From: Bdellovibrio sp.
Lineage (GTDB): Bacteria > Bdellovibrionota > Bdellovibrionia > Bdellovibrionales > Bdellovibrionaceae
Length of the DNA: 64,000 nt
Direction of reading: 5' to 3'
Assembly (NCBI GenBank): GCA_036677065.1
Contig: JAKFBS010000002.1
Location: 864,001 to 928,000, forward strand
The notes beneath the pieces were generated by a model, which was given only the letters and a program-made list of their open reading frames with translations, was not told where the DNA came from and did no database searches. A program made the translations under genes and the position numbers. The stretch's first letter is position 1. The number at the start of each line of letters is the position of its first letter. This document shows positions 36,379-46,274 of the stretch, one piece after another.

Positions 36379-38749
36379 AACTCGTATTCCAGCGAACAAT
36401 CTGGCTGACGCGAACTTCATCGACGACGCCGTTTAAAGAAGTCGTGCCATTATAACCAACGCGAAGGGCTGCCGTCGAAGCCGCTAAGCGGCTTGAGCCT
36501 ACAGTACCAATACTTGATGTGCCTTTAGCAACGCCGTTAAAATAATATTTGATCGAGCCCAAATTCCACGTCAGGGCCACATGGTTGAAGCCCGCAGTCA
36601 AAGCTGTTTCTTCGGCTGCTGTAAAACTCGTCGATTTAACTTCGCTGAATGTTGTGCCGTTGGTGCTGCCGCGAAAATAAATAAAATATTTTGAGCCCTG
36701 TTTTCGAATACCGTATTCGAAACTGGCCAGAGAAGATCCAGAATTAATTTTTGACACCACCGGAGCGTAACTTCCCGGCAGAGAATTTAATTGTACAAAT
36801 GCTTCTAAGGTTAAATAACTGCCGATCGCGGCCTGTGATGGCGTATTGGCCACTGTCACATAGTTTGAAGTCGTATTCATACTTCGGCCTTCAGAAAATT
36901 TACCGGCTACACTCCCCGAAGAGTTATCGCTTAAATCATTTTTAGCGCCGCCGCTATATAGGCCTGCATCAGCTAATGGTGAAGTGCTATTAAGATGGTA
37001 AAGAGCAATACTTTTGTAAGATTCTTGCGTCCATGTGTAAGTCGCTGGCGTGCTGTCGCTGTTTCCGGCTTGGTCAAGCGCGCGAATGTTTAACGAGTGT
37101 GAACCATTGGCCAACGAAGAGTAATTTAATGGCGACACGCATGTGCTATAAGCTGCCCCGTCTAAACTGCATTGAAACGTGACTGGCGATTCGTTTGATG
37201 AAAACGTAAAAGTTGAAACCATCGAATAATTAGTACTGTTTGGTTGCGAAGCCATTGTTGTCGTTGGCTCGACTGTATCTTTTGTCCAAGTCTTCGCGGT
37301 GGCGGCTGAATCGCTGACACCATTTGTTTGATAAACACTTAAATTATAAGTGCCATCTGGTTTGCTAATCGTGTAGCCGAATTCTGAATCAACACATACC
37401 ACAGATAAGCTGTTGCTCGGGGCAATAACATCTGTTGCACTGACGCCTTGTAAAACAACGGTCAGACCTGTTTCGCAAGCTCCGCTAAGATTTAACTCAA
37501 CAACATTACTAATAAAAGGCTGCGCCGAAGGAGATACGATGGTGACCATCGGCAACGCAAAAGAATCTCTGATCCAATCCTGGTTTGCTGCACCTGATGT
37601 GTTTTGTGCTAAATCCGTTTGATCAATGGCATAAGAATACGTGCCATCCACGGTCTGAGAAACTGAAAACGTAAAACCCTGCGAAATACAAACCACCGAC
37701 TGGTTGTCATCTCCGGTTAAATTTACCGTAGCATTATTTTCACAACTGCCTGTTATAACTAACATTGAACTGGTTGTTGCCGGCGAAAGTGTTGGCGATG
37801 TGATAACTGGCGCAGCCGGAATTTGCGTGTCATACACCCACTGAAAATCATAAGTCGCCGATTCAATTAATGTAACAGCATCGATTTGATAAACTGAAAG
37901 TGTGTACGTTCCATCAACTCCTTTCGGAATATTGATCGTGTAAGTTCCACTTGCCGTACAAGTCGTATTTGCCAGACTGACACCCGCTTCAGAAATATGA
38001 ACTACGTTACTGGCAACACAAGAACCTGCCACCACCAGCGGAGAAAAGTTTGTGTAATGTGGATTATCAGCGAAATTAGTGATCGCCGGCGTCGCAGGAA
38101 TTGTTGTGTCGCGAACCCAAGTAAAAGTGACTGCCGTCGAAGAATTTGTGGCCAAATCAATCTGACTTAAATAATAATTATAAGCGCCATCACTAGCTTG
38201 ATTAATATTGTTAATTGAAAAAGTTCCGCCAGCGCATGATGTTGTTGCCGTATGGCTTCCGGTCATAACCACAGAGGCACCGGTTTCGCATTGGCCAGTC
38301 AGGCTCAAAGTAGAATCACCCGAAGTAAGCGGGTTGGTTAACGGACTCGTAATAATAATTTCAGCAGGCACATTATTATCTAAAACCCAAGACACCCTGA
38401 CATTTCCTGAACTGCCGGCGCCATTGGATTGACTGACATCAAGAAAATAATCACCGCTTAAAGTTTTTGAAACAGTAAAACTATAAGAACTAGAAATGCA
38501 CGAAACGCTTTGCGTATCATCGCCACTCAACGTAACAGTTGCGCCAGATTCGCAGACACCGGTAATAGTTAACGCTTGGTTGGTTAGGGCATTAAGTGAA
38601 ATAGGATTAGCCACCGTTGGTTTAGCAGGAGCGCTCACCACGGGAGTTTCTGAAGGAGCTGTTCCCTCATCTTCGGTTTTTTTACTGCAACTACTAAAAG
38701 TCAGCGCAGTAAGCGCTATGAATAATAAGTAAACGTACAACAAACGCAT
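36344..38749 (-). CDS. surface lipoprotein with about 5-6 Ig-like repeats and a C-terminal LamG/ConA-like domain
   Basis: FSSC lipobox; repeats of P.I.SP...L.ITG.CE.GATV...C...DG.Y...Q.D...W..D; LTLEAFV, HVALTW, LNGVVDEVRVS. Confidence 0.85.
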   Translation of the reverse strand: MRLLYVYLLFIALTALTFSSCSKKTEDEGTAPSETPVVSAPAKPTVANPISLNALTNQALTITGVCESGATVTLSGDDTQSVSCISSSYSFTVSKTLSGDYFLDVSQSNGAGSSGNVRVSWVLDNNVPAEIIITSPLTNPLTSGDSTLSLTGQCETGASVVMTGSHTATTSCAGGTFSINNINQASDGAYNYYLSQIDLATNSSTAVTFTWVRDTTIPATPAITNFADNPHYTNFSPLVVAGSCVASNVVHISEAGVSLANTTCTASGTYTINIPKGVDGTYTLSVYQIDAVTLIESATYDFQWVYDTQIPAAPVITSPTLSPATTSSMLVITGSCENNATVNLTGDDNQSVVCISQGFTFSVSQTVDGTYSYAIDQTDLAQNTSGAANQDWIRDSFALPMVTIVSPSAQPFISNVVELNLSGACETGLTVVLQGVSATDVIAPSNSLSVVCVDSEFGYTISKPDGTYNLSVYQTNGVSDSAATAKTWTKDTVEPTTTMASQPNSTNYSMVSTFTFSSNESPVTFQCSLDGAAYSTCVSPLNYSSLANGSHSLNIRALDQAGNSDSTPATYTWTQESYKSIALYHLNSTSPLADAGLYSGGAKNDLSDNSSGSVAGKFSEGRSMNTTSNYVTVANTPSQAAIGSYLTLEAFVQLNSLPGSYAPVVSKINSGSSLASFEYGIRKQGSKYFIYFRGSTNGTTFSEVKSTSFTAAEETALTAGFNHVALTWNLGSIKYYFNGVAKGTSSIGTVGSSRLAASTAALRVGYNGTTSLNGVVDEVRVSQIVRWNTSFTPPAGEYVAD

Positions 38750-38835
38750 AACTAAATTATACCTGTTTCTCTTAGCCTTTTAAATGAAAGTTCTTGGAGC
38801 GTATTAAATTGAGACCTTTACGAACAATTCTTTAT

Positions 38836-39231
38836 TTATTGCGTAACATCATTGAGAGTCTTTTGAGCCAGCGAGTTAAGAAAGGCCTGTAAAGCATCAG
38901 ACAGGCTCTTTTTAAGCGAACAACGGTTTTGGAATACACAGTCGCAATTCCTGTCGGAGAAACATTCAGCTATATAAAACGAAGGTTCTATCTTCAGGAT
39001 AATTTCTTTAAGAGTTCGGCGCCCGGTTTGGTCGGTGATCAGAAGACCACCGGCACGGCCGCGGCTGGTTTCAATAAAATTTAGTTTCGCAAGCTGATTT
39101 GAAACTTTAATCAGATTATTTTTCGAGATGCCGACTTTCTCTGTGAGCTCGTTTAAAGTAACAAGTCTTTTGTGTTCGTTTAAGTACATAAGCACTCTTA
39201 AAGAATAATCAGTATGATCTGTTAAACGCAT
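38836..39231 (-). CDS. nsrR: Rrf2 family regulator, NsrR-like
   Basis: MRLT..TDYSLRVLMYL, RGRAGGL, ECF...C...C cluster ligands; downstream of nnrS. Confidence 0.8.
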   Translation of the reverse strand: MRLTDHTDYSLRVLMYLNEHKRLVTLNELTEKVGISKNNLIKVSNQLAKLNFIETSRGRAGGLLITDQTGRRTLKEIILKIEPSFYIAECFSDRNCDCVFQNRCSLKKSLSDALQAFLNSLAQKTLNDVTQ

Positions 39232-39244
39232 TGGCTGTACTCCT

Positions 39245-40366
39245 CTAACATGACGGCTTCGCCTGCGGACCAGGCTTGAAGATTTTGGGTAAAAATGTGA
39301 AACACCAACTTACAACTGCAAGTAGCCAAAATGTTGCTGCCAGATGCAGATAACTTGTCTTCCATAACCCGTCTGAAAACCCATATAAAATTCTTGAAAT
39401 AATAGCCAAGACCAAAAAAACGACAAGACACCAAAGAGCCGGCGATTTCATTTCAAGATCGGTAGAGTACGCCCCGTGCGCCAATGTCACGCGTGTAGCA
39501 ACAGCAAATGTGATCAAGCCAAAACAGCCGATAAAAAGAAAATGCAACCACGTAAGATACATCGCAGGCTGAAGCCAAATAAGAAAAAAACTTAAGGGAA
39601 TCATTGCCGCAACAATTCGAACACCATATTTTAAGGCTGATGGACGCTCGGATGGCCGCTGAATTTGCCAAATTTTAAAAAGATATACCAACGACAACAA
39701 CGTAAGGCCAAGATAGGCCATTGTGACGCCAAGCCCAGCTACATAAAGAAGCCCTGCCATCAAAACCCCTGCACTATGAAAGAAAAGGCGAAGCCATAGC
39801 GACGTTATATTTTCGAACGCCGATGGAAGCCCCGAAAGAAACGAAAAAAACCGGGTTCCAATACCTAACACCAACAGCAAAGTTGTGCCAACATGGTAAA
39901 GATGAATTCCCATAAAGGAATTTCCGCTAAAATGAAAGTATGAGCCCAGCAGAGCAAGAATCATAGCCATGCCCACGTGAGAGAAAAAAACTGGAACCGG
40001 CTTGGTCAATTTAAGAATTCTTCGCCCGCCAAAAAAAATCATGAATAAAATCAGCAGAGCTTGATTGGTGTAAAAAAACCTCGCGTCTACTTTCCAGGAA
40101 AAAACCGTCTGACCGATCAACAAAGCCGAAGCGAAAAGATATTCGATTTTATTCGCACCTGCAGTTCCTGACATACGCGGCATTGCGGTCATTAAAAAAC
40201 CAACGATAAAACACCACAAAAATCCACCGGCGATAAGTTTCGAGTGAATCAGCAAAGCAGGGCTTTCAAACCAGCCCAGGTTTTGCACGAACCAAACACC
40301 GACAGCCAGTAATGCATTTAAAATACCTAATGGAAAAAACAACTGATAGGGCGAAATATTTTTCAT
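39245..40366 (-). CDS. nnrS: NnrS family membrane protein
   Basis: PYQLFFP, GFL..FIVGFLMTAMPR, LHFLFIG, TRV.LAHG. Confidence 0.85.
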   Translation of the reverse strand: MKNISPYQLFFPLGILNALLAVGVWFVQNLGWFESPALLIHSKLIAGGFLWCFIVGFLMTAMPRMSGTAGANKIEYLFASALLIGQTVFSWKVDARFFYTNQALLILFMIFFGGRRILKLTKPVPVFFSHVGMAMILALLGSYFHFSGNSFMGIHLYHVGTTLLLVLGIGTRFFSFLSGLPSAFENITSLWLRLFFHSAGVLMAGLLYVAGLGVTMAYLGLTLLSLVYLFKIWQIQRPSERPSALKYGVRIVAAMIPLSFFLIWLQPAMYLTWLHFLFIGCFGLITFAVATRVTLAHGAYSTDLEMKSPALWCLVVFLVLAIISRILYGFSDGLWKTSYLHLAATFWLLAVVSWCFTFLPKIFKPGPQAKPSC

Positions 40367-40412
40367 GCTTTTATACCTACTAAAATCCTTCAAGCAGATT
40401 GACAACTTACTA

Positions 40413-40437
40413 AATGTTGCATATCAAATACAACATT
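40413..40437. promoter_or_regulatory. NsrR-type operator
   Basis: AATGTTGCATATCAAATACAACATT palindrome between divergent nnrS and the globin gene, just downstream of TTGACA. Confidence 0.75.
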
Positions 40438-40478
40438 ACAACGAAATTTGCTAAATAGACTGCCAAAGCGAGGTTTAA

Positions 40479-40913
40479 ATGAAACAAGACGAATCAGCAA
40501 AAGCCGGCAAAACTGTGAAACTTAATGGGATCGAATTCACTCACGATGATATTTTTCGCGTTGTCGATAATTTTTATGACCGTATTCAACAAGACCCTGC
40601 ACTTCAGGTTCCGTTTAAGTCTGTCGAAGACTGGCCGGAACACATTCGAAATCTTACTCATTTTTGGTGGACACGCTTTGGTGGCCAGCCCTATCTCTTC
40701 AATTTTTACAATCCAGTTGAGAAGCATTTTTTCGCAGGGTTCAACCAAGAACTTTTAACCAGATGGCTTTTTCTTTTTTCTGAAACCCTTCAGACCCAGC
40801 TAAAACCCGAGCAAGCGGCCCTATGGACGTTAATTTCAGAACGCATGGGCGAAGGTTTATCGATAAAAAACGAACTTTATAAAAAAGAATATGAAGCGCG
40901 AGAACGAAAATAA
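40479..40913 (+). CDS. group III truncated haemoglobin
   Basis: VDNFY.RI..D..L, DWPEH...L.HFW, NP..KH, RWL.LF. Confidence 0.9.
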   Translation: MKQDESAKAGKTVKLNGIEFTHDDIFRVVDNFYDRIQQDPALQVPFKSVEDWPEHIRNLTHFWWTRFGGQPYLFNFYNPVEKHFFAGFNQELLTRWLFLFSETLQTQLKPEQAALWTLISERMGEGLSIKNELYKKEYEARERK

Positions 40914-40922
40914 TTCTCACTT

Positions 40923-41738
40923 CTATGGACAAATGAGAATGGGTTTATTCACAGAGCGAACGATCTTTGTCGCAACTTTACCGAGCAAGGGATTTCTTCT
41001 GTTTTTATCCCGAGGTGATAACGCAACAATATCAAACTCTTTAGATTTTTTTTCTACTCTATCTAAAATATTTCCATTGCTACGCACCATTTTAAGGTCT
41101 GGATGTGTTTTTGAAAACTTAGCAAAAATTTTATCATCTTCATCATGAATCTGTTTAACCATTTCTTTGTGAACCGGAAAGTTCAATATCGGAATAAGAT
41201 TAGGAATCACATGATAAAGCTCTAACCTAGGATGAATACTGGATTCGAAAGATTTAACTTGCATCAAAGTATGATCAGTTTGCTCAGTAAAATCAGAAGG
41301 AATCAGAATGCGTTTTGGAAGCAGTGCGCGTCGGCCTCGATGCACCCACACCGGAAACGGCGAAAGAGTGGCCACCTTTTCTGCAGTGCTACCCAAAAAG
41401 AAGCGAGCCAGTTTACTATACCCTTTATGACCCACGATGATTAACGGCACTTGCTCGACTTTTTTGCCGGCATCAATTAATTGTTCAGCGGGGTCTCCCA
41501 TTTTAACAAGGATATTTGGATTTTCGGGTAACTTATACGTTTTTCGAATCAGAAACTTCATTCTTAAGACAAATTCATCGACTGTATCGCCCAGAGTTTG
41601 AAAATAATCATGCGCATAGACATAGGTTAACGGCACTTTCATCGTTTCGGATAATTTTTGCGCTTCTTTGACTACGATTTTTGAATACTTTGAAAAATCT
41701 ATTCCAACTATAATGTGCCTGATTTCTTGATTCTGCAT
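40923..41738 (-). CDS. universal stress protein (tandem USP)
   Basis: IIVGIDFS, GDPA, IIVGHKG...FFLGSTAE, ILIPSDF, LGKVA..VR. Confidence 0.9.
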   Translation of the reverse strand: MQNQEIRHIIVGIDFSKYSKIVVKEAQKLSETMKVPLTYVYAHDYFQTLGDTVDEFVLRMKFLIRKTYKLPENPNILVKMGDPAEQLIDAGKKVEQVPLIIVGHKGYSKLARFFLGSTAEKVATLSPFPVWVHRGRRALLPKRILIPSDFTEQTDHTLMQVKSFESSIHPRLELYHVIPNLIPILNFPVHKEMVKQIHDEDDKIFAKFSKTHPDLKMVRSNGNILDRVEKKSKEFDIVALSPRDKNRRNPLLGKVATKIVRSVNKPILICP

Positions 41739-41780
41739 TTAAATACCATTTTGCCTCTCGTGAACTTTCATTCTAACAAG

Positions 41781-41796
41781 TGCGAAGGCCATGCCA
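41781..41796 (-). promoter_or_regulatory. candidate sigma54 promoter of the USP gene
   Basis: Minus strand TGGCATGGCCTTCGCA fits GG-N10-GC. Confidence 0.55.
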
Positions 41797-41848
41797 CTGA
41801 TGAAAGCCGACACACCAATAGATTTGTCGACTTCATGCGATGTAGTTC

Positions 41849-42631
41849 TTATTTAGCCGAGAGCTGGCGATCGATAATATCTTTAAATGCGGCCAATGGA
41901 TAAGCTCCTTTTAAAGAGATGCCATTAACTAAATATCCAGGTGTTCCTGAAATACTAAATTTTTGCGCTTCTGCCGTGTCGGCATCAATACGTTGAGCAA
42001 TTTTTTCACTTTTCAGCGCAGCCTCTACTTTTTTCAAATCCGCACCGACTTTTTTAGCTAACTCTTTAAAAAGAGCTTCGCCTTTATCTTTCATTTCACC
42101 TTGTTTTTCAAAAACTAAGTCATGAAATTTTTCAGCTTTGGCGTGATCTTGCATCGCGATCGCTTCAAAATAACGGGCCGCTGGCATTGCTAATGGATGA
42201 AAATCTAAAGGTAAATGTTTATAAACGATTCGCACCTTATCGCCATATTCTTTTTTAAGCTGCTGCATTGTTTGATAGCCACGCGAGCAGTACGGACATT
42301 CAAAATCAGAATATTCAACAATTGTAATTGGTGCAGACTTATTACCAAAGATAACGCGACCTTCTTCAATCTCGGGTTTTAAAGGGTTTTTAAATTCTTC
42401 TTCGCGCTGTTTTTGTTCATCCTGCTGGGCACGCTCAGCAGCGACTTTCTGGGCGTTCTGTTGGGCTTTCATGACCACTTCGATAAATTGATCAGGAGCT
42501 TTTTCAATGGCCGTGAAAACAATTGAGGGATCTTTTTCGACGGCCTCTTTAATTTGTTGTGCACTCGGCGCACAAGATGCCAGTAAAAGCCCTATAATTG
42601 ATATTTTTAATAGTCCACTAAGTTGATTCAT
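41849..42631 (-). CDS. DsbA/DsbG-like thioredoxin-fold lipoprotein
   Basis: LASC lipobox, EYSDFECPYC, KHLPL.FH, ISGTP; SD GGAGG. Confidence 0.9.
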   Translation of the reverse strand: MNQLSGLLKISIIGLLLASCAPSAQQIKEAVEKDPSIVFTAIEKAPDQFIEVVMKAQQNAQKVAAERAQQDEQKQREEEFKNPLKPEIEEGRVIFGNKSAPITIVEYSDFECPYCSRGYQTMQQLKKEYGDKVRIVYKHLPLDFHPLAMPAARYFEAIAMQDHAKAEKFHDLVFEKQGEMKDKGEALFKELAKKVGADLKKVEAALKSEKIAQRIDADTAEAQKFSISGTPGYLVNGISLKGAYPLAAFKDIIDRQLSAK

Positions 42632-42719
42632 TGAATCCTCCATTAAGATGTTGGAGTTCAGAATAACAGCAGGCTTTTTTGTCATGTCACAGCTGTGCGA
42701 ATAGTTTGTAAATTAAACT

Positions 42720-43379
42720 TTACAAAACTTTTAATCGATACCCGACCGAACGTACCGTTTCGATAAGTTGATCATCGGTTTTCTGCCTTAAAAGCATGAT
42801 ATGCGTATCTACGGTACGAGTTGTCGGGTAAACCTCGTAGCCCCAGACTTTATTTAAAATCTCATCCCGGGAAAAAACTTTTTCCGGACTTTCGGCAAGT
42901 AAGACCAAAAGTTCAAATTCTTTTTTAACCAGTTGAACATCCATATTTTTAAAACTGACTTTATGGCGGATGCGATCAATGATTAACGACCCCACAGTTA
43001 AAGTTCCTGTAGATTCTTGCACTTTGGTTCTTAGCTGTACACGTAGTCTGGCAATCAGTTCGCGAGGTTCAAAAGGCTTAGTTAAATAATCATTAGCCCC
43101 CATTTCTAAGCCAAGAACTTTATCCATAGTCTCGGCCCGTGCCGTCAAAAAAATTACCGGCGTCTGAATATCTTGCTTGCGAATTTCTATGAGAAAATCC
43201 AACCCTTGGCCATCAGGTAACATCCAATCCAGAATAATAAGATCAGGTTTTACTTTTAACTGCTCCCGAGCTTGGACCAAGCTTTCGCAAATAGTTACTT
43301 GATGACCTTCTTTTAAAATAAGATCTTTCAGAGGTAAACTGATATTCTGATGGTCTTCAATAATCATTACATGCGGCAT
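42720..43379 (-). CDS. OmpR-family response regulator
   Basis: IEDH, LDWMLPD, GANDYLTKPF, RTVDTHI..LR, TVRSVGY. Confidence 0.95.
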   Translation of the reverse strand: MPHVMIIEDHQNISLPLKDLILKEGHQVTICESLVQAREQLKVKPDLIILDWMLPDGQGLDFLIEIRKQDIQTPVIFLTARAETMDKVLGLEMGANDYLTKPFEPRELIARLRVQLRTKVQESTGTLTVGSLIIDRIRHKVSFKNMDVQLVKKEFELLVLLAESPEKVFSRDEILNKVWGYEVYPTTRTVDTHIMLLRQKTDDQLIETVRSVGYRLKVL

Positions 43380-44956
43380 TAGTTATGACCTTTTAAAGTG
43401 AGTGTTAAGGTAAATACAGTTGGATTTTTAGAAAACTGCAAGCGAGCGCCCCATTGATTAACAATAAATAAAATCATATTCAGGCCTAAACCCATACCTT
43501 GGCTGCGCGGGCTTTTTACAAACGCTTCGGTCATTTGATCGATCGTTTCAAAATCGTTTTTTCCGCCATCTTGAATTAAAATTTTCAAATGAGTTGTGTT
43601 TTTTTGAAGCTTAATGACTACTGGCGGGTTTCCGTGAAGAAAAGCATTCTGTACTAAATTAGATAAAATAAATTTTAGCCAAAACGGATCTAATCTTAAG
43701 TTGTGATCTTCTGATAATAATTCACAAGAAATTTCCCTGCCCGAGTCGGCGATAAAATCAGAGATCCAATTATTTATTGAAGAAATATCGGTATTATTAA
43801 ATTGAATGCGGTGACTTTCGGTTTGCAAATAAGTTTTACTGACTTCAATAATTCTTTGCATACGGTAAATTTCAGCCGACATACGAACTAAAATATCCTG
43901 GCTTTCAATATCCAGCTTTTTTTGCTTATCGGCTATCTGTTCAATCAATAAAAGCATCGCACTGACCGGAGTTCTAAATTCATGACTTAAAACCTGCAAA
44001 GACAGGCGATGTTTAATTTGAGCTTTATTTTTTTCGTACAGACTTTTGATATAAAAACCAAAAAAGCTAAATAAAATAAGTCCAAGTAAAAGTACAATTG
44101 CAAAAGAGTAACGATAAAAGTAAGCCTGGGTCTGCTGCGAATTGTAAGTCCAACAGCTATTTCCAATCTTTAAAATGCAAACCGAATCTTCAGTTGCTGA
44201 CGTGACATCAAATTTGCCATTTTTAACAACTTGATTAAATTCAGAAGCAGGGTAAATCAAATAACTCAGTGGCGAAAAGCCCAGTCGGTCTTGGTCTTTA
44301 AATAAAACATATTCTGAAGTCAGAATTAGTTCTTCACCACGGATGACAGACTCAACTTCAGCCTCGTTAAAACGAGATAAAATTAAAAATTTCATGTCAT
44401 TGATTTTATATTTTTGCAGAACTTCTGCGAGCTCAGAAATTTTAAAATAAGAAAGATGTTGCTCAACCCATTTTTTCTCGTCGTCGAAAGGTGCCGTGTA
44501 CATCGAAATCAAATAGGCATAACTAGACCCTTTTTGATCGGCGAAGGGCGGCTTCAAAAAAAAATCATTCGGAAGCGGTGCCGATCCAGACAAAAAGAAT
44601 TCAAGCTGACGTCTTTTTTCTGTTTCTACACTAACGCTTGCCTTATTTTCTTCGGCTTGGACTTGTTTTTCACTGCAGTTTTTGCATGGAAAATGCGGTT
44701 TTTTAAGACTTAAAAGTGGATGTAGAATTTGAAACTGGCCACTGTTTCCGTAAATTTCTGAAAAATTAATCTCGGCAACGGGTTTTGCATTCAAACGAAA
44801 TTGAATCATCGTTTCGCGTATTTCAGAGCCAGCACTATCAGTCGAAAAAAATAACCCCTTTTGACTTGCTATTTGTGCCCAATAAATAAAAATCGACATT
44901 AAGCCAGCAAATAGACTTAATAATCCAAAATGATTTCTAATAAAAGACATTTTCAA
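43379..44956 (-). CDS. sensor histidine kinase with a large periplasmic domain (DUF3404/VxrA-like)
   Basis: Two TMs, GSSYA and C.LKIGNSCW, LQVLSHEFRTP, NLVQNA..HG, GMGLGL. Confidence 0.8.
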   Translation of the reverse strand: MKMSFIRNHFGLLSLFAGLMSIFIYWAQIASQKGLFFSTDSAGSEIRETMIQFRLNAKPVAEINFSEIYGNSGQFQILHPLLSLKKPHFPCKNCSEKQVQAEENKASVSVETEKRRQLEFFLSGSAPLPNDFFLKPPFADQKGSSYAYLISMYTAPFDDEKKWVEQHLSYFKISELAEVLQKYKINDMKFLILSRFNEAEVESVIRGEELILTSEYVLFKDQDRLGFSPLSYLIYPASEFNQVVKNGKFDVTSATEDSVCILKIGNSCWTYNSQQTQAYFYRYSFAIVLLLGLILFSFFGFYIKSLYEKNKAQIKHRLSLQVLSHEFRTPVSAMLLLIEQIADKQKKLDIESQDILVRMSAEIYRMQRIIEVSKTYLQTESHRIQFNNTDISSINNWISDFIADSGREISCELLSEDHNLRLDPFWLKFILSNLVQNAFLHGNPPVVIKLQKNTTHLKILIQDGGKNDFETIDQMTEAFVKSPRSQGMGLGLNMILFIVNQWGARLQFSKNPTVFTLTLTLKGHN

Positions 44957-46203
44957 GGCTTTTTCACCATCACAGCCGGATCGTGGCGAATATATTTATC
45001 ATTAATAAATTTCATCATAAACACCGTAATCGTTACGGTACCCACCAACACATAACCAAGAATATCGAAGTGTTCTAGAACCCCGTCAGGTCTTTTCACG
45101 ACGATATACCCTGCTATCACCGCAGCCACGCCGCCGGCGATTTGTTGCATCGACGCATTGATCGCCATGAATGATCCGCGATGTGCGGGGTCAGGCAACG
45201 CCGACATCAAAGCTTGCGAAGGAATCATGCGCGAAAAAATTCCGATAAACATGACCGTATTAACGATGACCACTGCCATTAACGAGCTTGGCCCCATATT
45301 TGTGTAATACACAACCATCACCGCAGATAAAATCCCGCCAAAAACAAAAGTTCGAAGTTTACCGAAAGAGTCACTCAGTTTACCGACTAGTGGCCCGATA
45401 AAAAGAGTAGCAACACCGGTCACTAAATATATTAACGGTAAATCCTGCATAGTTAGTTTTAGATTATTCACTGTGAAATCGGTTCCAAACGGCATCAGCA
45501 TAAACCCACCGATTGACATCAACGCCGTGGCCGCAAACCCGTAGAGATATTTTTCATTCGTCACTGTGGTTTTCATGTGATTAAAAGCATTGTGATCAAC
45601 ACGTGCAATTTTTAAATGTTCATTAATTGGTTTCAGATAAATAAGAATCACGATGCCTGCGATAATACTGACTCCAACGATCATGAAAAACGGCGCATGC
45701 CATCCCCAAATATTTGAAATATAAAGCCCTACGGGAATTCCCAGAACTTGGCTGGCAGCGAAGGCTGTTTGAATGAACCCCATCACGCGGCCTCTTTGTG
45801 ACAGTGCAAAAACATCAGCGGTAATGGCTAAAACTACAGAGCCTATGACTCCACCAAAAAGACCGGTCACGATTCTTGCGGCCAGCATAAAATGATAACT
45901 TGGGGCTATGGCACAAAACAATGTTCCGATAACAAATCCAACATAGAAAAAAAGCAGAATTTTTTTTCTATCATAACGATCAGCAAAGCCTGAAGCTAAA
46001 AGCCCGGCGATCCCCGCACTGAAGGCGTAAGCCGAATGGACGATACCGAATTGTGACGGGCCCATTTTCAGTGCCGGCATCATCATAACCCCCAAAGGCG
46101 CCATGATCATAAAATCAAGAATTATAGTAAATTGAAGAAAAGCCAAAAGCCCGACGACGAACTTTTGATAACCTGTAAACGCAACGTCATTTTTGGAAGT
46201 CAT
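44953..46203 (-). CDS. MFS transporter (DHA1-like)
   Basis: 12 TMs, ADRYDRKK, ARIVTGLFGG, RGRVMG. Confidence 0.9.
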   Translation of the reverse strand: MTSKNDVAFTGYQKFVVGLLAFLQFTIILDFMIMAPLGVMMMPALKMGPSQFGIVHSAYAFSAGIAGLLASGFADRYDRKKILLFFYVGFVIGTLFCAIAPSYHFMLAARIVTGLFGGVIGSVVLAITADVFALSQRGRVMGFIQTAFAASQVLGIPVGLYISNIWGWHAPFFMIVGVSIIAGIVILIYLKPINEHLKIARVDHNAFNHMKTTVTNEKYLYGFAATALMSIGGFMLMPFGTDFTVNNLKLTMQDLPLIYLVTGVATLFIGPLVGKLSDSFGKLRTFVFGGILSAVMVVYYTNMGPSSLMAVVIVNTVMFIGIFSRMIPSQALMSALPDPAHRGSFMAINASMQQIAGGVAAVIAGYIVVKRPDGVLEHFDILGYVLVGTVTITVFMMKFINDKYIRHDPAVMVKKP

Positions 46204-46274
46204 TCAATGATATTAGCCGTTAAAGGCCGATAGTCACTAAATGTTATTTTGTTGATTGGGCAACCCTGAAGTAT

